From positions 82,811 through 146,810 of the forward strand of contig CAZIEY010000001.1 of the NCBI GenBank assembly GCA_964538855.1: DNA of 64,000 bases, read 5' to 3'. Below the pieces are notes generated by a model. It searched no databases. It was not told the origin of the DNA and saw only the letters and a list, made by a program, of their open reading frames with translations. Numbering within the stretch: the first letter of the stretch is position 1; each line of letters begins with the position of its first letter. A program made the translations under genes and the position numbers. Of this stretch, positions 1-9,640 are shown piece after piece. Source of the DNA: an uncultured Candidatus Saccharibacteria bacterium (GTDB lineage: Bacteria; Patescibacteriota; Minisyncoccia; Phycocordibacterales; JAACPR01).

Positions 1-181
1 TAGAAGTTCTTAGTTCCAAAGATCCGTCAGAGAGTTCTTGAAATATATCTCTGAATTCAAAACGTTTTAAAGCCATATACTTGATATTATAATTTTATAC
101 CGTCTATTACAAGACTTGAATTATACTCAATATGTGATGTTAGTTGATATACTCCCTTAAGCAAATCGATGGGTATAACTT

Positions 182-814
182 TTATTTACTATCCAATTCG
201 TTCAATTGATTTTCTACAAGCTTAAAAATATACCCCCAAGTCGCATTTCGAAAACAAAGTTCAGAAAAAAGCTCAAATTGAGTCCTAATGTATTCAGGTT
301 TTATACCGACAGAAGATTTACCACTTACTATATAATTTGCGGCATTGGTTATATTTTGCTCGATATAATTTGAAAAAATGGGCGCTATTTGTGGAACAAC
401 AAAATATTCTTTTTTCAGAGAATCTATAGAAATAGAATCTATTCCAAGATTAGCATCCAAATAATCGCTTGCCTTTGTTAGCCTATCGATTCGAGATTCA
501 TTTTTATTATTCAAAATCTTTAAAAAGTTCTCGTCTTGTATTTTGGAGATCTTTCCAAACTTCTCTTCCACCAGTCTAAATAAGTAACCAAAAATCATGA
601 AAGATCTGTACAGATCCTTCATAGTAAACAGACCCAGGTCAGATTCTTTACCTAAAACATCTTTAAAATCTCGAGAAAAATATGATTCTTTTCTAGAGAA
701 AACATACTCCTGAACTTCAGCAAAACTAGATGTATTAAAATCACCAATAACCTTTTTACCACAATTAGCGCAATATTTACCGTTTGTAGGTTCTTGGCAA
801 TAAAAACATTTCAT
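182..814 (-). CDS. hypothetical protein with N-terminal CxxC-x9-CxxC zinc-ribbon
   Basis: 210 aa ORF; N-terminus MKCFYCQEPTNGKYCANCGK; last gene of a three-gene minus-strand operon; no recognisable catalytic motifs. Confidence 0.45.
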   Translation of the reverse strand: MKCFYCQEPTNGKYCANCGKKVIGDFNTSSFAEVQEYVFSRKESYFSRDFKDVLGKESDLGLFTMKDLYRSFMIFGYLFRLVEEKFGKISKIQDENFLKILNNKNESRIDRLTKASDYLDANLGIDSISIDSLKKEYFVVPQIAPIFSNYIEQNITNAANYIVSGKSSVGIKPEYIRTQFELFSELCFRNATWGYIFKLVENQLNELDSK

Positions 815-855
815 GAATTTACTCTATCATTAAAATAATATTTAAGCACCCATCC

Positions 856-1614
856 TTATTCCACCTCCCACACAAACCCATTTCGGCTCCAAAACCAGAG
901 CGGCGAGTGCATATCGATGGGGTCGATGCCACTTGTGGCGAGCAACAATCGCCATCGCTCGGAAATCGCGTCTTTGGTGAGCGTGAGGGCTTCTTCTGCA
1001 GTGATGACGCCGAGCCGTATTGAACATTGCGTGATGTGTGTGTCCGGTGCAATTTCGATGTGGTCGCGATGCGTCAGGACGAGCTTGCCGTACGTGCTCA
1101 TAATAAACAACCAGTAATTAAAAATCTTTGGGCCGGAGAGATACGGAAAACCTTTTTTATGCACCACCTTCACCTGTTCTTTGAGGACGAGAAAGTCATT
1201 ACCTGTGGCTTCAAAAAATTTCGTGAATGAGCCCCAATTCGTCGCAATCGTCTGCGCGATAGTGCGCCAGGTGTGCACGTGTTTGTTCGGTTGAAGCGCG
1301 AGCTTGTATTTCAGGAGCGCCTGTCGCACATCGTCTTCGCTCGCCTCACTGACTTTTTTCACATCAAACACAAATCGAGTTTCTGGATCATTGTATGTTG
1401 TGAGCGCCGCTTCCCACAATTTGTAACTGTCCCGCTGATAGTTGAGCGCCATCGGCAACGTGAAATACGCGATTCGATTTTCGCTCTCGTTTTCCTTGAA
1501 GCCGGGATTTGCGTCCTCGGGCATCACCGTCTGACCGAGCTTGCCTGATTTGTAGGCGACGATGAGAGCACGGCAGGTTGTGTGGAGGTTAGATTTCATT
1601 GAGAAACTTCTCAT
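856..1614 (-). CDS. HhH-GPD superfamily DNA glycosylase-like protein (endonuclease III-like core)
   Basis: 252 aa; segment FPYLSGPKIFNYWLFIM...APDTHITQCSIRLG aligns to EndoIII helix-hairpin-helix plus catalytic Asp region (LPGVGRKTANVVL...VDTHIFRV). The stop of the upstream SET gene overlaps this start codon. Confidence 0.5.
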   Translation of the reverse strand: MRSFSMKSNLHTTCRALIVAYKSGKLGQTVMPEDANPGFKENESENRIAYFTLPMALNYQRDSYKLWEAALTTYNDPETRFVFDVKKVSEASEDDVRQALLKYKLALQPNKHVHTWRTIAQTIATNWGSFTKFFEATGNDFLVLKEQVKVVHKKGFPYLSGPKIFNYWLFIMSTYGKLVLTHRDHIEIAPDTHITQCSIRLGVITAEEALTLTKDAISERWRLLLATSGIDPIDMHSPLWFWSRNGFVWEVE

Positions 1615-2003
1615 TAAATCCCTCGATGTTTTAAATCTTCCTCACTTTCAAATTCGAGATAATTCTGTGTCAACTCCTCTCCCTTTTTCACATCACGAGA
1701 TGCAACCAAATATACCTCGGTATGATTTAGATCTTGAGTTACAGTACCTTCGGGTAAGTGATTTATGAATTTCGAAACATCAAAATCGACATGCCAACGT
1801 TGTGAAGCCGCATCAAAGAAACCCCACCAACGAAATTCTTCTTTTTCTCTATCACTGAGAGAATCAAATTGTGCTTGGGTTAGATTCACATCCAAAAGAG
1901 GGCTTGCGGTATATATAAGCTGTCCTTTTTTCAAATCTTCATCTGCAAATAAACCAATACCGTGATGTTCTGACCTATCGAGTTTATATTTAATATGAAT
2001 CAT
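1614..2003 (-). CDS. SET-domain protein (putative protein lysine methyltransferase)
   Basis: 129 aa; GIGLFA...KGQLI, FINHLPEGTV (NHxCxPN-like) and GEELTQNY (ELxxxY) SET signatures; translationally coupled to downstream gene (TAATG overlap at 1612-1616). Confidence 0.65.
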   Translation of the reverse strand: MIHIKYKLDRSEHHGIGLFADEDLKKGQLIYTASPLLDVNLTQAQFDSLSDREKEEFRWWGFFDAASQRWHVDFDVSKFINHLPEGTVTQDLNHTEVYLVASRDVKKGEELTQNYLEFESEEDLKHRGI

Positions 2004-2055
2004 ATAATTATTTTAAAATATGCCGAATCTTTGAATATACAATCCAATATAACAA

Positions 2056-2469
2056 TTACAACCCAAAAAAACCAATCAACGCACTGCCCACCCAACCAAT
2101 TGCAGACAAAGCACCCGACACCATCAATAGTCGGCGCTCTTCTGGGGCAAGTGCAGCATACGACGTGACAGTCGCTTTCATCATCAAGTTGTGAATGAAA
2201 AATCCATTCAATGCAATAGAGGCGACTAATGCTAATTTTGCATAGAACAACGGCTTTTCAAACCAGACGGCCCAATTCCCTGCAACAAGCACAATTCCAG
2301 ACACGATTAACAGAAAAAGTCCTGTCATCACTGCGCGATGAGCCCAGCGAATATGTCGAGCGTCGAGCGTTTGAACTCGTCCTGTAAAATAAGTAAAGCC
2401 CATATGATCGGCATAGATAATAGCCGGCACAACAAGCACAAAAAACGCAAAGTGTAATGTGGTGAACAT
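2056..2469 (-). CDS. hypothetical integral membrane protein (4 predicted TM helices)
   Basis: 137 aa, hydrophobic helices throughout; no motif recognised. Confidence 0.45.
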   Translation of the reverse strand: MFTTLHFAFFVLVVPAIIYADHMGFTYFTGRVQTLDARHIRWAHRAVMTGLFLLIVSGIVLVAGNWAVWFEKPLFYAKLALVASIALNGFFIHNLMMKATVTSYAALAPEERRLLMVSGALSAIGWVGSALIGFFGL

Positions 2470-2478
2470 ACAAATATA

Positions 2479-3006
2479 TTATCGCAATGAACCTATCCGA
2501 TAATTCGCCAAGATTTTTTCTGGTCGAGATTCTCCGCCGTGTTGACCTTCAAATTCAGATGAGCCGTCAGTTCCGCAGATTCTCAAAATTTTGCTGGAGC
2601 CTCCTGGATGCTTCGGAATATACGACGTCAAATCGTACACACCACCGTTGATTGCAGACCAACAACTTGTTCCATCACTATGAGCCGAGACTTCTGCCAT
2701 TGTAAACGAAGTTGGAGCCGGAGCCGGCGCTGGTGCTGGAGCAGGAGTAGGCGCCGGAGTTGGTTGTGGTGCAGGTGTAGGAGTTGGGGTCGACGCTGGT
2801 ACTGGAGCTGGTGTTGGTGCGGGAGTAGGTGTCGATGTTGATGTCGTCGGAGTTGGTGCAGTCACAATTGGCTCAACCATATTCATATCACCATCCAATA
2901 CACGTGTCGCTTGTGGTGCAATCGTAAAATACAGACCACTGGCCACAACGAAAATTCCTACTACTGATAAAATTAAATTTTTTGTATTCATACCTATATT
3001 ATACAC
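2479..3006 (-). CDS. membrane-anchored cytochrome b5-like heme-binding domain protein with Pro/Thr/Ala-rich linker
   Basis: N-terminal TM helix, ~50 aa PTPAPTPAP low-complexity linker, C-terminal cyt-b5 fold signature (TSYIPKHPGG...ICGTDGS). Confidence 0.55.
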   Translation of the reverse strand: MYNIGMNTKNLILSVVGIFVVASGLYFTIAPQATRVLDGDMNMVEPIVTAPTPTTSTSTPTPAPTPAPVPASTPTPTPAPQPTPAPTPAPAPAPAPAPTSFTMAEVSAHSDGTSCWSAINGGVYDLTSYIPKHPGGSSKILRICGTDGSSEFEGQHGGESRPEKILANYRIGSLR

Positions 3007-3017
3007 CCGAGGTATTC

Positions 3018-4670
3018 CTACAACAAAATACGTAACGCATTTAATATCACCGTCACATCAATCGCTTCTTGGATAAAGGCGCCGACGACAGGGTTGATGT
3101 AACCGAGCGCGGCGAACACCATTCCGATAGTAGAGAGTGCGATTCCACCATACACACTTTGGCGAGCGATGCTCATTGTGCGGCGGGATGTCTTCATAAT
3201 GTATTCCAAGCGATCAATGCCGGAACCGAGCACTGCGATATCGGCCGCTTCTATTGCTGCACCATTTTCGCTGCCAGAAAAAACGATGCCGACATTTGCG
3301 GTTGCCAAAGCCGGCGCATCATTCACACCGTCACCAATCATCGCGACGACTTCGCCGCGCTGTTGCGCCTCGCGAACCAGACGCATTTTATCTGCGGGTG
3401 TCTGTTCCGCGTAAATTTTCATACGAGTATCGTTGAACAAATTTGTCGCGTGCGCCAATGTGTCGCCAGTAATCAGAGCAGACGTTGCGCCCCTTTCCGC
3501 AAGCGTCGTAATAAAATCTGCAGATCCGTGTTTCATCACATCGGAAAAAGCAAAGTTCGCGATTGTTGCATCGCCTCGCATCAAATGCGTTCCATCAAAT
3601 TTATATTCCGCACCATCAACACGTCCGGAAATTCCCTTGCCGATTTCTTCGTGTACATCGGTGGCGACTGGAAACGCGACATTTCGCCGACGAGCTTCGG
3701 CCACAATTGTCCGCGCACGCGGATGCAACGAATGAATTTCGAGCGCGGCTGCAATTCGCAAATCTATATCTGAAATTTTTGACACAAGCGCCGGCTCACC
3801 GAGCGTCAGTGTCCCCGTCTTATCAAAGAAAAAAGTTGTCGCGCTGTCGATCGATTCCAACGCCGAAGGTTTGCGCACAATAATTCCAGCCTTGGCGGCA
3901 CGCGACATTCCAGACACGAACGCAACTGGTGCGGCGATAATCAACGGGCACGGTGTTGCAATGACGAGCACGGCGAGAACTCGTCCCAATTCCCCAGTGT
4001 AGACATACGCACACGTTGCGAGAGCCACCGACAATCCTGTGAAATACGCATTCGCTCGCGCCGATAATCGCACCATACGAGCCGGATGAGTTCGGGCTTT
4101 TTCAACCACTTCGACAATTTTGTGATATGTGGATGTGGTGAAGTCGCCGGTGACGCGCATTTCGAATGCCTCACCTTTGTTAATCACGCCCGATTTAATG
4201 GAAGTGTCAGCAACGACTTCGACCACATCGCTTTCGCCCGTCAAATTCGCTGTGTCGAGCAACGCCCCGCGCGGCGATACCACCACGCCGTCGAGCGGAA
4301 TGATTTCTTGATGCTTGACCAAAATAATTGAGCCGTCATGAATTGATTGTAGAGGTGTGTCGACGAACATGTCGCCTTGTCGCACGGCGCACGTTTTTGG
4401 AATTGTATGTGCCAATTGAGACAGCGACGACGAAGCTTTACGAGTCGCATATCGCTCTAACGCCTCGCCTCCCAAAAACATCACCGCGATCACTGCGCCC
4501 GCAATATATTCCCCCGTCACAAGCGACAACACCATCGCCGCTGCTGCGATATAATCCAAACTGTATTCACCGCGTCGAATGTGTTGAAACGAATCTATCG
4601 CAATGCGAATGAGTCCGAGGCAGATGATGGGGATGAGGAATATTTCCATACATAAAGTATACCAACACAT
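3018..4670 (-). CDS. P-type ATPase, heavy-metal (P1B-like) translocating, minimal architecture
   Basis: DKTGTLT phosphorylation motif, MIGDGVNDAPALA hinge motif, TPCPL (CPx-type) membrane motif; 550 aa, no N-terminal metal-binding domain. Confidence 0.8.
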   Translation of the reverse strand: MCWYTLCMEIFLIPIICLGLIRIAIDSFQHIRRGEYSLDYIAAAAMVLSLVTGEYIAGAVIAVMFLGGEALERYATRKASSSLSQLAHTIPKTCAVRQGDMFVDTPLQSIHDGSIILVKHQEIIPLDGVVVSPRGALLDTANLTGESDVVEVVADTSIKSGVINKGEAFEMRVTGDFTTSTYHKIVEVVEKARTHPARMVRLSARANAYFTGLSVALATCAYVYTGELGRVLAVLVIATPCPLIIAAPVAFVSGMSRAAKAGIIVRKPSALESIDSATTFFFDKTGTLTLGEPALVSKISDIDLRIAAALEIHSLHPRARTIVAEARRRNVAFPVATDVHEEIGKGISGRVDGAEYKFDGTHLMRGDATIANFAFSDVMKHGSADFITTLAERGATSALITGDTLAHATNLFNDTRMKIYAEQTPADKMRLVREAQQRGEVVAMIGDGVNDAPALATANVGIVFSGSENGAAIEAADIAVLGSGIDRLEYIMKTSRRTMSIARQSVYGGIALSTIGMVFAALGYINPVVGAFIQEAIDVTVILNALRILL

Positions 4671-4712
4671 TCACACCTATACAAAAACATATTTTTTGCC
4701 ATAATATCGCGT

Positions 4713-5513
4713 ATGAACATGCTCGAGAAATTTGAAGCTTATAAAAAGATGCGCCGTGTATTCGATCAAAAAGACGAATCGGGTTTCACCTCGACGCACG
4801 AAATTGGAATCGACTACACAACGACCGAGAAGGGTTTGTTTTTGCCGGCAGAAACCGCGGTGATGTATCAATTACTGGACGACGCATTGAAGAGTGGGTT
4901 TATGAATCCTGCCCAACCTTTTGTTGATGCAGGTTCTGGTGACGCTCGGGTGAATCACATCGCAGCGCTGCTTGGTGTACGCACATCGATTGGTATTGAA
5001 TACGACGGCGACATCGTAGAAAAAAGTCGCGCACAAACAAAAGCGTTCGAGGACGCCGGCATCATTCCCGCTGGTCGCATCACATTATTGCAAGGCGACT
5101 TTACCGACACTGCGACGTACACACGACATGGCATAAATGTTCAGGACATTGGGACTTTTTTTAATTATGTAAACGGCTGGAAAAGTTTGCTCGATTTTAT
5201 TTCGACGCACGGCGCGGTCGGAACTAAATTAATTTTAATTGACGAGCAATACAATGTATCGAACAGAATTGTCGAAACCATCGGCGTACACCCAACACTC
5301 TCCATCACAGACACCGTCAAATATGTGTACGACGCGAAACGCGACACCTCTGAAAAATTAACTGACGAGAAGCTACATAAATTGCAAAAAATTGATGCAG
5401 AATTAACCTCACAACACATGCACTTAGACGCTTCGCACGCCGGCCAATTTGCAATTACCCCAAGAGATTACAGAGTCGTGACTGTGTATTTGTGTGAAAA
5501 GATACAGCAATAA
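4713..5513 (+). CDS. hypothetical protein, class I SAM-methyltransferase-like
   Basis: 266 aa; VDAGSGDARV glycine-rich motif-I-like segment; TAA stop. Confidence 0.4.
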   Translation: MNMLEKFEAYKKMRRVFDQKDESGFTSTHEIGIDYTTTEKGLFLPAETAVMYQLLDDALKSGFMNPAQPFVDAGSGDARVNHIAALLGVRTSIGIEYDGDIVEKSRAQTKAFEDAGIIPAGRITLLQGDFTDTATYTRHGINVQDIGTFFNYVNGWKSLLDFISTHGAVGTKLILIDEQYNVSNRIVETIGVHPTLSITDTVKYVYDAKRDTSEKLTDEKLHKLQKIDAELTSQHMHLDASHAGQFAITPRDYRVVTVYLCEKIQQ

Positions 5514-5518
5514 ATAAA

Positions 5519-6697
5519 TTACGCCTCTGATAAATTTATCACACATGTCACCGCGACATTTGTTACGTTTGATGATGCCACGGTGCCTGAACCAGAAGTC
5601 ACCACACATGTCATAGCCGGAGAACTTGGTTGCGTGAGGACGGTGACTGAATACGATTGACCTGTAGTCAAAGAAGTCGCGAATGAAAATGCTCCGTTTC
5701 CGGAAATAGCCAAGTTATCACCACCATTATTTTGTAGTACCAAACCGGAACCAGATAAACCAGACACAGTACCTCCGACAGTATATGTAGCCAGTGCAAA
5801 CGTCGCAGTTACAGTCGTATCATCGGACATCGTCAACACACATGTACCAGTTCCAGAACAACTTCCACCAGACCAGCCAGTGAATGTAGAGCCGACTGCT
5901 GCAACAGCGGTTAATGTAACTTCGGTAATATTATCAAACACCCCTTCGCAGGTTGAGCCGCAATTAATGCCTGTAGGAGAACTGGTCACAGTACCAGAAC
6001 CGGTTCCAGCTCGGTTTACAGTCAACGTATATGTAATGAGCTCGAAATTCGCAGTGACAGTCGTGTCGTCGGTCAATGTCACGACACAGGCACCTGTTCC
6101 AGAACATCCTCCGCCAGACCAACCAGTAAACGTTGCGTTAGGTGCGACAACCACAGCGAGTGATACTGCGGTGTTATCATCGAAATCTTCGCTACAATTT
6201 TCAGAACACGAAATGCCCGCCGGTGTGCTTGTTATAAAGCCGTCACCAGAACCGGTAAAGTTAATACTCAGCGTATGGGTAGTTGGATCTGGCTCTGGTT
6301 CGGATGTACGATGAGAAGATCGCGAACCGCCTCTACGACGGACTGGTGGTGTAACTTCTGTCACTGTAGTAGTTGGATTTGAAATTTCGAGAATTTTTGC
6401 ACGAGTAATTGGCCCGACTGCACCCACCGGCGAAATGCCGTACGCAATTTGGAATGATACAACTGCGGCGCGTGTAAATGCACCGAAATATCCGGTCACT
6501 GTTGGATATGTAAAGTAACCGAGATTTTTTAAGAATTGTTGCAACGATGCGACTTGCTCGCCTTCGAGTCCGCCATATAAATCTGCGGTGATTGTAGGAT
6601 TTGGAGGAGTAACAGTTTGTGCGTGAACCGATGTATGTGATACCAATAGAGAACCAACCGCGATGAATGCTAATAAAAGTTTTTTATATAATGACAT
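5519..6697 (-). CDS. secreted protein: signal peptide, peptidoglycan-binding domain, tandem bacterial repeat domains
   Basis: N-terminal signal peptide; QQFLKNLGYF...GPITRAKI resembles PG_binding_1; two ~80 aa repeats (NFTGSGDGFITSTPAGISCSENC... / VNRAGTGSGTVTSSPTGINCGSTC...) resembling InlB B-repeat-type domains. Confidence 0.6.
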   Translation of the reverse strand: MSLYKKLLLAFIAVGSLLVSHTSVHAQTVTPPNPTITADLYGGLEGEQVASLQQFLKNLGYFTYPTVTGYFGAFTRAAVVSFQIAYGISPVGAVGPITRAKILEISNPTTTVTEVTPPVRRRGGSRSSHRTSEPEPDPTTHTLSINFTGSGDGFITSTPAGISCSENCSEDFDDNTAVSLAVVVAPNATFTGWSGGGCSGTGACVVTLTDDTTVTANFELITYTLTVNRAGTGSGTVTSSPTGINCGSTCEGVFDNITEVTLTAVAAVGSTFTGWSGGSCSGTGTCVLTMSDDTTVTATFALATYTVGGTVSGLSGSGLVLQNNGGDNLAISGNGAFSFATSLTTGQSYSVTVLTQPSSPAMTCVVTSGSGTVASSNVTNVAVTCVINLSEA

Positions 6698-6758
6698 GCG
6701 AAAATTATATCACCGTTTGGAAAGTGCGAAATGGGTTTATTCTGCGACTAGAGACACA

Positions 6759-7211
6759 CTATTTCTCCGCCAACTCTTTTAACGATTGCAATGCGCGCGG
6801 CCACATATCTTCAAACATAATTTTATAGTCGTCAGGAACATCGATGTCAATGAGAAGTTCTGTCGCACCGGCAGATTCCCGAAAGGTATAGTTTTCAAAC
6901 GCAGATGTCCATTGTTTGACAGCGTCACTTGTTGTATCTTCGACACCATTATTGATCATACCGAGATGCTCGATGGAAACAAATTCGTGTAAGCGGTTTT
7001 TAACGATGCGACTGGTCATACCACCTTCACCATTTCCATCAGGATTTGGACCGAGAAAAAGAATTTTTGAACCCTCGTCCCAACTGCCTTTGAAATACGA
7101 GCCGGGGTTAAACGCCGTAGTCCATTGTCGATATGTCGCGTCGGAAAGCATCGTGTTCCAGACCTTTTCGCGTGGTGCGTTGATTGTAATGGTGAAGTGA
7201 AGTTTTTGCAT
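6759..7211 (-). CDS. SRPBCC/AHSA1-like domain protein
   Basis: 150 aa; sequence pattern of activator-of-Hsp90-ATPase/polyketide-cyclase-like fold (EKVWNTMLSDATYRQW...). Confidence 0.5.
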   Translation of the reverse strand: MQKLHFTITINAPREKVWNTMLSDATYRQWTTAFNPGSYFKGSWDEGSKILFLGPNPDGNGEGGMTSRIVKNRLHEFVSIEHLGMINNGVEDTTSDAVKQWTSAFENYTFRESAGATELLIDIDVPDDYKIMFEDMWPRALQSLKELAEK

Positions 7212-7268
7212 ACACAGTTGTATTATCTATTAACTATCTTATCATCTCATAATTTCCTCGTTCCCACA

Positions 7269-8006
7269 CTACAATAAATCAGCTATCAACGGGCGGTAAC
7301 CATTCATTGATTTCAGAAAAGATCGTATGTTATTTCCAGGAACAAAAACTAATTCTGACATCTCATCTTCTGCACGATGAGTAAATGCATCTACTGTTTG
7401 TTGTTGGGACAAGGTGAGCTCAACAAAAAATACCAGCAAAATATTCGATGAGGTAGATTGTACAATACCGAGACCTTGTAATGATGTAACCGAAGATTGT
7501 TCAATACCAGTCTCTTCAGTAATTTCTTTTATAACATTTTTCTCAAGATCAATTCCGCTCGAAATAGCAAATTCGTCTGGTTGTGCGCCACCCCCGATTA
7601 AATCAATAGTTCCATTTTTACGGCGTTTACCAAATATGTACACACCGTCTGATGTGCGAATGATAGCAGTAGTTGAGAGATGATACAAAGGTGTGACCCC
7701 ATACTGCTGATGTAGTGGCAACAAATCAACAAAGGTTGCGACATAACGATACGAGATAATCCCCAATTTCAAATGCAAAATTCTATCGTCTTCTATCTCT
7801 GATACATTCATTACCCGGTACTGAATCCCATCCCATATTTCCACACCAGCATTGTGAGCGAGTCGCTCTTTCTCCTTCCATGCTTCACGCACTTTTCCAT
7901 CATACACAGGGTGTGTAGTCCACACCGCATTTGGCAGACATTCGATTTTAATATCAGAAGCAGAAAACTTTTTAGAAAATAATGTCTTTGGTTGGTACAT
8001 GAACAC
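7269..8006 (-). CDS. Nudix-family hydrolase with N-terminal extension
   Basis: Nudix box-like GGGAQPDEFAISSGIDLEKNVIKEITEETGI. Confidence 0.5.
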   Translation of the reverse strand: MFMYQPKTLFSKKFSASDIKIECLPNAVWTTHPVYDGKVREAWKEKERLAHNAGVEIWDGIQYRVMNVSEIEDDRILHLKLGIISYRYVATFVDLLPLHQQYGVTPLYHLSTTAIIRTSDGVYIFGKRRKNGTIDLIGGGAQPDEFAISSGIDLEKNVIKEITEETGIEQSSVTSLQGLGIVQSTSSNILLVFFVELTLSQQQTVDAFTHRAEDEMSELVFVPGNNIRSFLKSMNGYRPLIADLL

Positions 8007-8064
8007 GTATATTTACTACTACTCCACTTATCAACGCCATCTCACAATTCCCCTTCCGAACACC

Positions 8065-8514
8065 CTACACAAACAACCCCGCCACACCCGCAATCACCAT
8101 CAATGTCACCAAAATTTCCAAGATGTCAGAGAAGAATTTTTTCCACGCAATCGCGCGGTCGCAATTTCCCCACAAAATTGTTCCACCTACAGTCGGCACC
8201 ACAAAACAAAGCCACACAAACGCTACTAATCCGAGTGAAGCGCTGAATGACAGACCACCTTGCGTACCCACAGTAATAATTACGACCGTCGCAAATGCAG
8301 TGAGAAACGATAACACCATTTGCCCCGCGTACATTTTCGGCATCATTGGTTTTGCTTCGGCCATTTTTGCTTGCTGTTCTGCCGGCGTCAATTTATCGAA
8401 TCCCAAAAATCGCATGTGCAATTTCCCCACTGGAGTGGCGTTTGAATACCAAATTGTGCCGATAACTGCTGCGATGATTGCTCCGACGATTGAAAGAATG
8501 ATGATTGTGGTCAT
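8065..8514 (-). CDS. hypothetical integral membrane protein
   Basis: 149 aa, four hydrophobic segments. Confidence 0.4.
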   Translation of the reverse strand: MTTIIILSIVGAIIAAVIGTIWYSNATPVGKLHMRFLGFDKLTPAEQQAKMAEAKPMMPKMYAGQMVLSFLTAFATVVIITVGTQGGLSFSASLGLVAFVWLCFVVPTVGGTILWGNCDRAIAWKKFFSDILEILVTLMVIAGVAGLFV

Positions 8515-8531
8515 GTGTGTAGGTAGTTATG

Positions 8532-9596
8532 TTATTCAACTTTAAATAATTTGCTTTGTGCTGTAATACCCCTCACAATACCATCGTCATCAAGTTCAAG
8601 TGTTCCGGTTAAACCTTTTACAGAAGTATCATAAAGATTTTTGCGGAATTCTTCAGGATTACTACCCTTCTCCAAGGTCTTCAAAATAAAAGTCATTGCG
8701 TCGTAGCCAAGCGCAACAAATAGAGGTTGTGATGGTTCGGACTTATATTCTTCTTTGTACTTGCGGACAATTTCTTTGTATTCTTTAGATTCTTGATCCC
8801 AACCGAGGTAATACAATGGGAGGTTAATCTTTCCAGCATTACCAAGAAAGCCTGGACTCGTAAAACTCGCGAGCCCAAAGACAGTTGGTGCAAAATTAAG
8901 TTCGTCCGACTGTCGAATAAAGAAACCTGTTTCATCCCAACCGATCAAAAGGACAGTATCTACACCCAAATCCTTCATCTTGCTCACCACCGTTCTGAAA
9001 TCTGTAATGCCCGGTTGATATCCTTCAGTTAAAACAAGATTTCCTTTGAATTGCTCCTTAAACGCATTGACAATTAATTGAGTAAACGTCTCGCCTTGGT
9101 TATAAAAAACTGCAACCTTTTTGCCTCCAGAAGCTTCTATAGTTCTCGCAAAATTTGTACCGTGCCCATCAGCATAGTAACCAATACCTAAAAGATATTC
9201 ACCCGCTTTTGCAATCTCGCTGCTCGCATCAATACTGTTGGCTACGAAAATTTTATCTCCATCTGCCTTTGAAGCAAGTGCCATGATTCCATTATATGTA
9301 GGAGACATCATCATGAAGACATTTTCAGTCTTAAGTTTCTCGTATGCGCTGAGAGAATTTTTAGCAGTAAATTGATCATCTTCTGTACGTAAATCAATCA
9401 TTCCATTGCCGTGGTCTTTTATAGCTAACTGAATACCGCGCAAGTTTTGTTCTCCCAAAGAAGCTACTGGTCCTGAAAGTGGACCGAACCACCCGATAGA
9501 GACTTTGTCCCCTATTTTATCTGACCCTCTTTGATTTGTAACTATTAAAAGTGCGATTACTACGATTACAACTGCGGTTGTTAAAATTTTTTTCAT
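8532..9596 (-). CDS. ABC transporter substrate-binding protein, branched-chain amino acid (LivJ/K-like, type I PBP)
   Basis: Signal/TM anchor then SIGWFGPLSGPVASLGEQNLRGIQLAI characteristic of Leu/Ile/Val-binding protein family. Confidence 0.7.
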   Translation of the reverse strand: MKKILTTAVVIVVIALLIVTNQRGSDKIGDKVSIGWFGPLSGPVASLGEQNLRGIQLAIKDHGNGMIDLRTEDDQFTAKNSLSAYEKLKTENVFMMMSPTYNGIMALASKADGDKIFVANSIDASSEIAKAGEYLLGIGYYADGHGTNFARTIEASGGKKVAVFYNQGETFTQLIVNAFKEQFKGNLVLTEGYQPGITDFRTVVSKMKDLGVDTVLLIGWDETGFFIRQSDELNFAPTVFGLASFTSPGFLGNAGKINLPLYYLGWDQESKEYKEIVRKYKEEYKSEPSQPLFVALGYDAMTFILKTLEKGSNPEEFRKNLYDTSVKGLTGTLELDDDGIVRGITAQSKLFKVE

Positions 9597-9640
9597 AAAA
9601 CCACTATACTAAAGGTTTAGGGATTTGTCGACATAGCAAC

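Noticed and set aside
2700-2860. Possible DNA-level tandem repeat or CRISPR-like array in the PTPAPT region
   Set aside because: It is the coding sequence for the low-complexity Pro/Thr/Ala linker of the cyt-b5-like protein. The repeats are imperfect at the DNA level and in frame.
3069-4612. Multiple antisense ORFs inside the P-type ATPase gene
   Set aside because: They are fully nested in a gene with strong motif support. Their amino-acid composition is atypical (Arg/Cys/His-rich).
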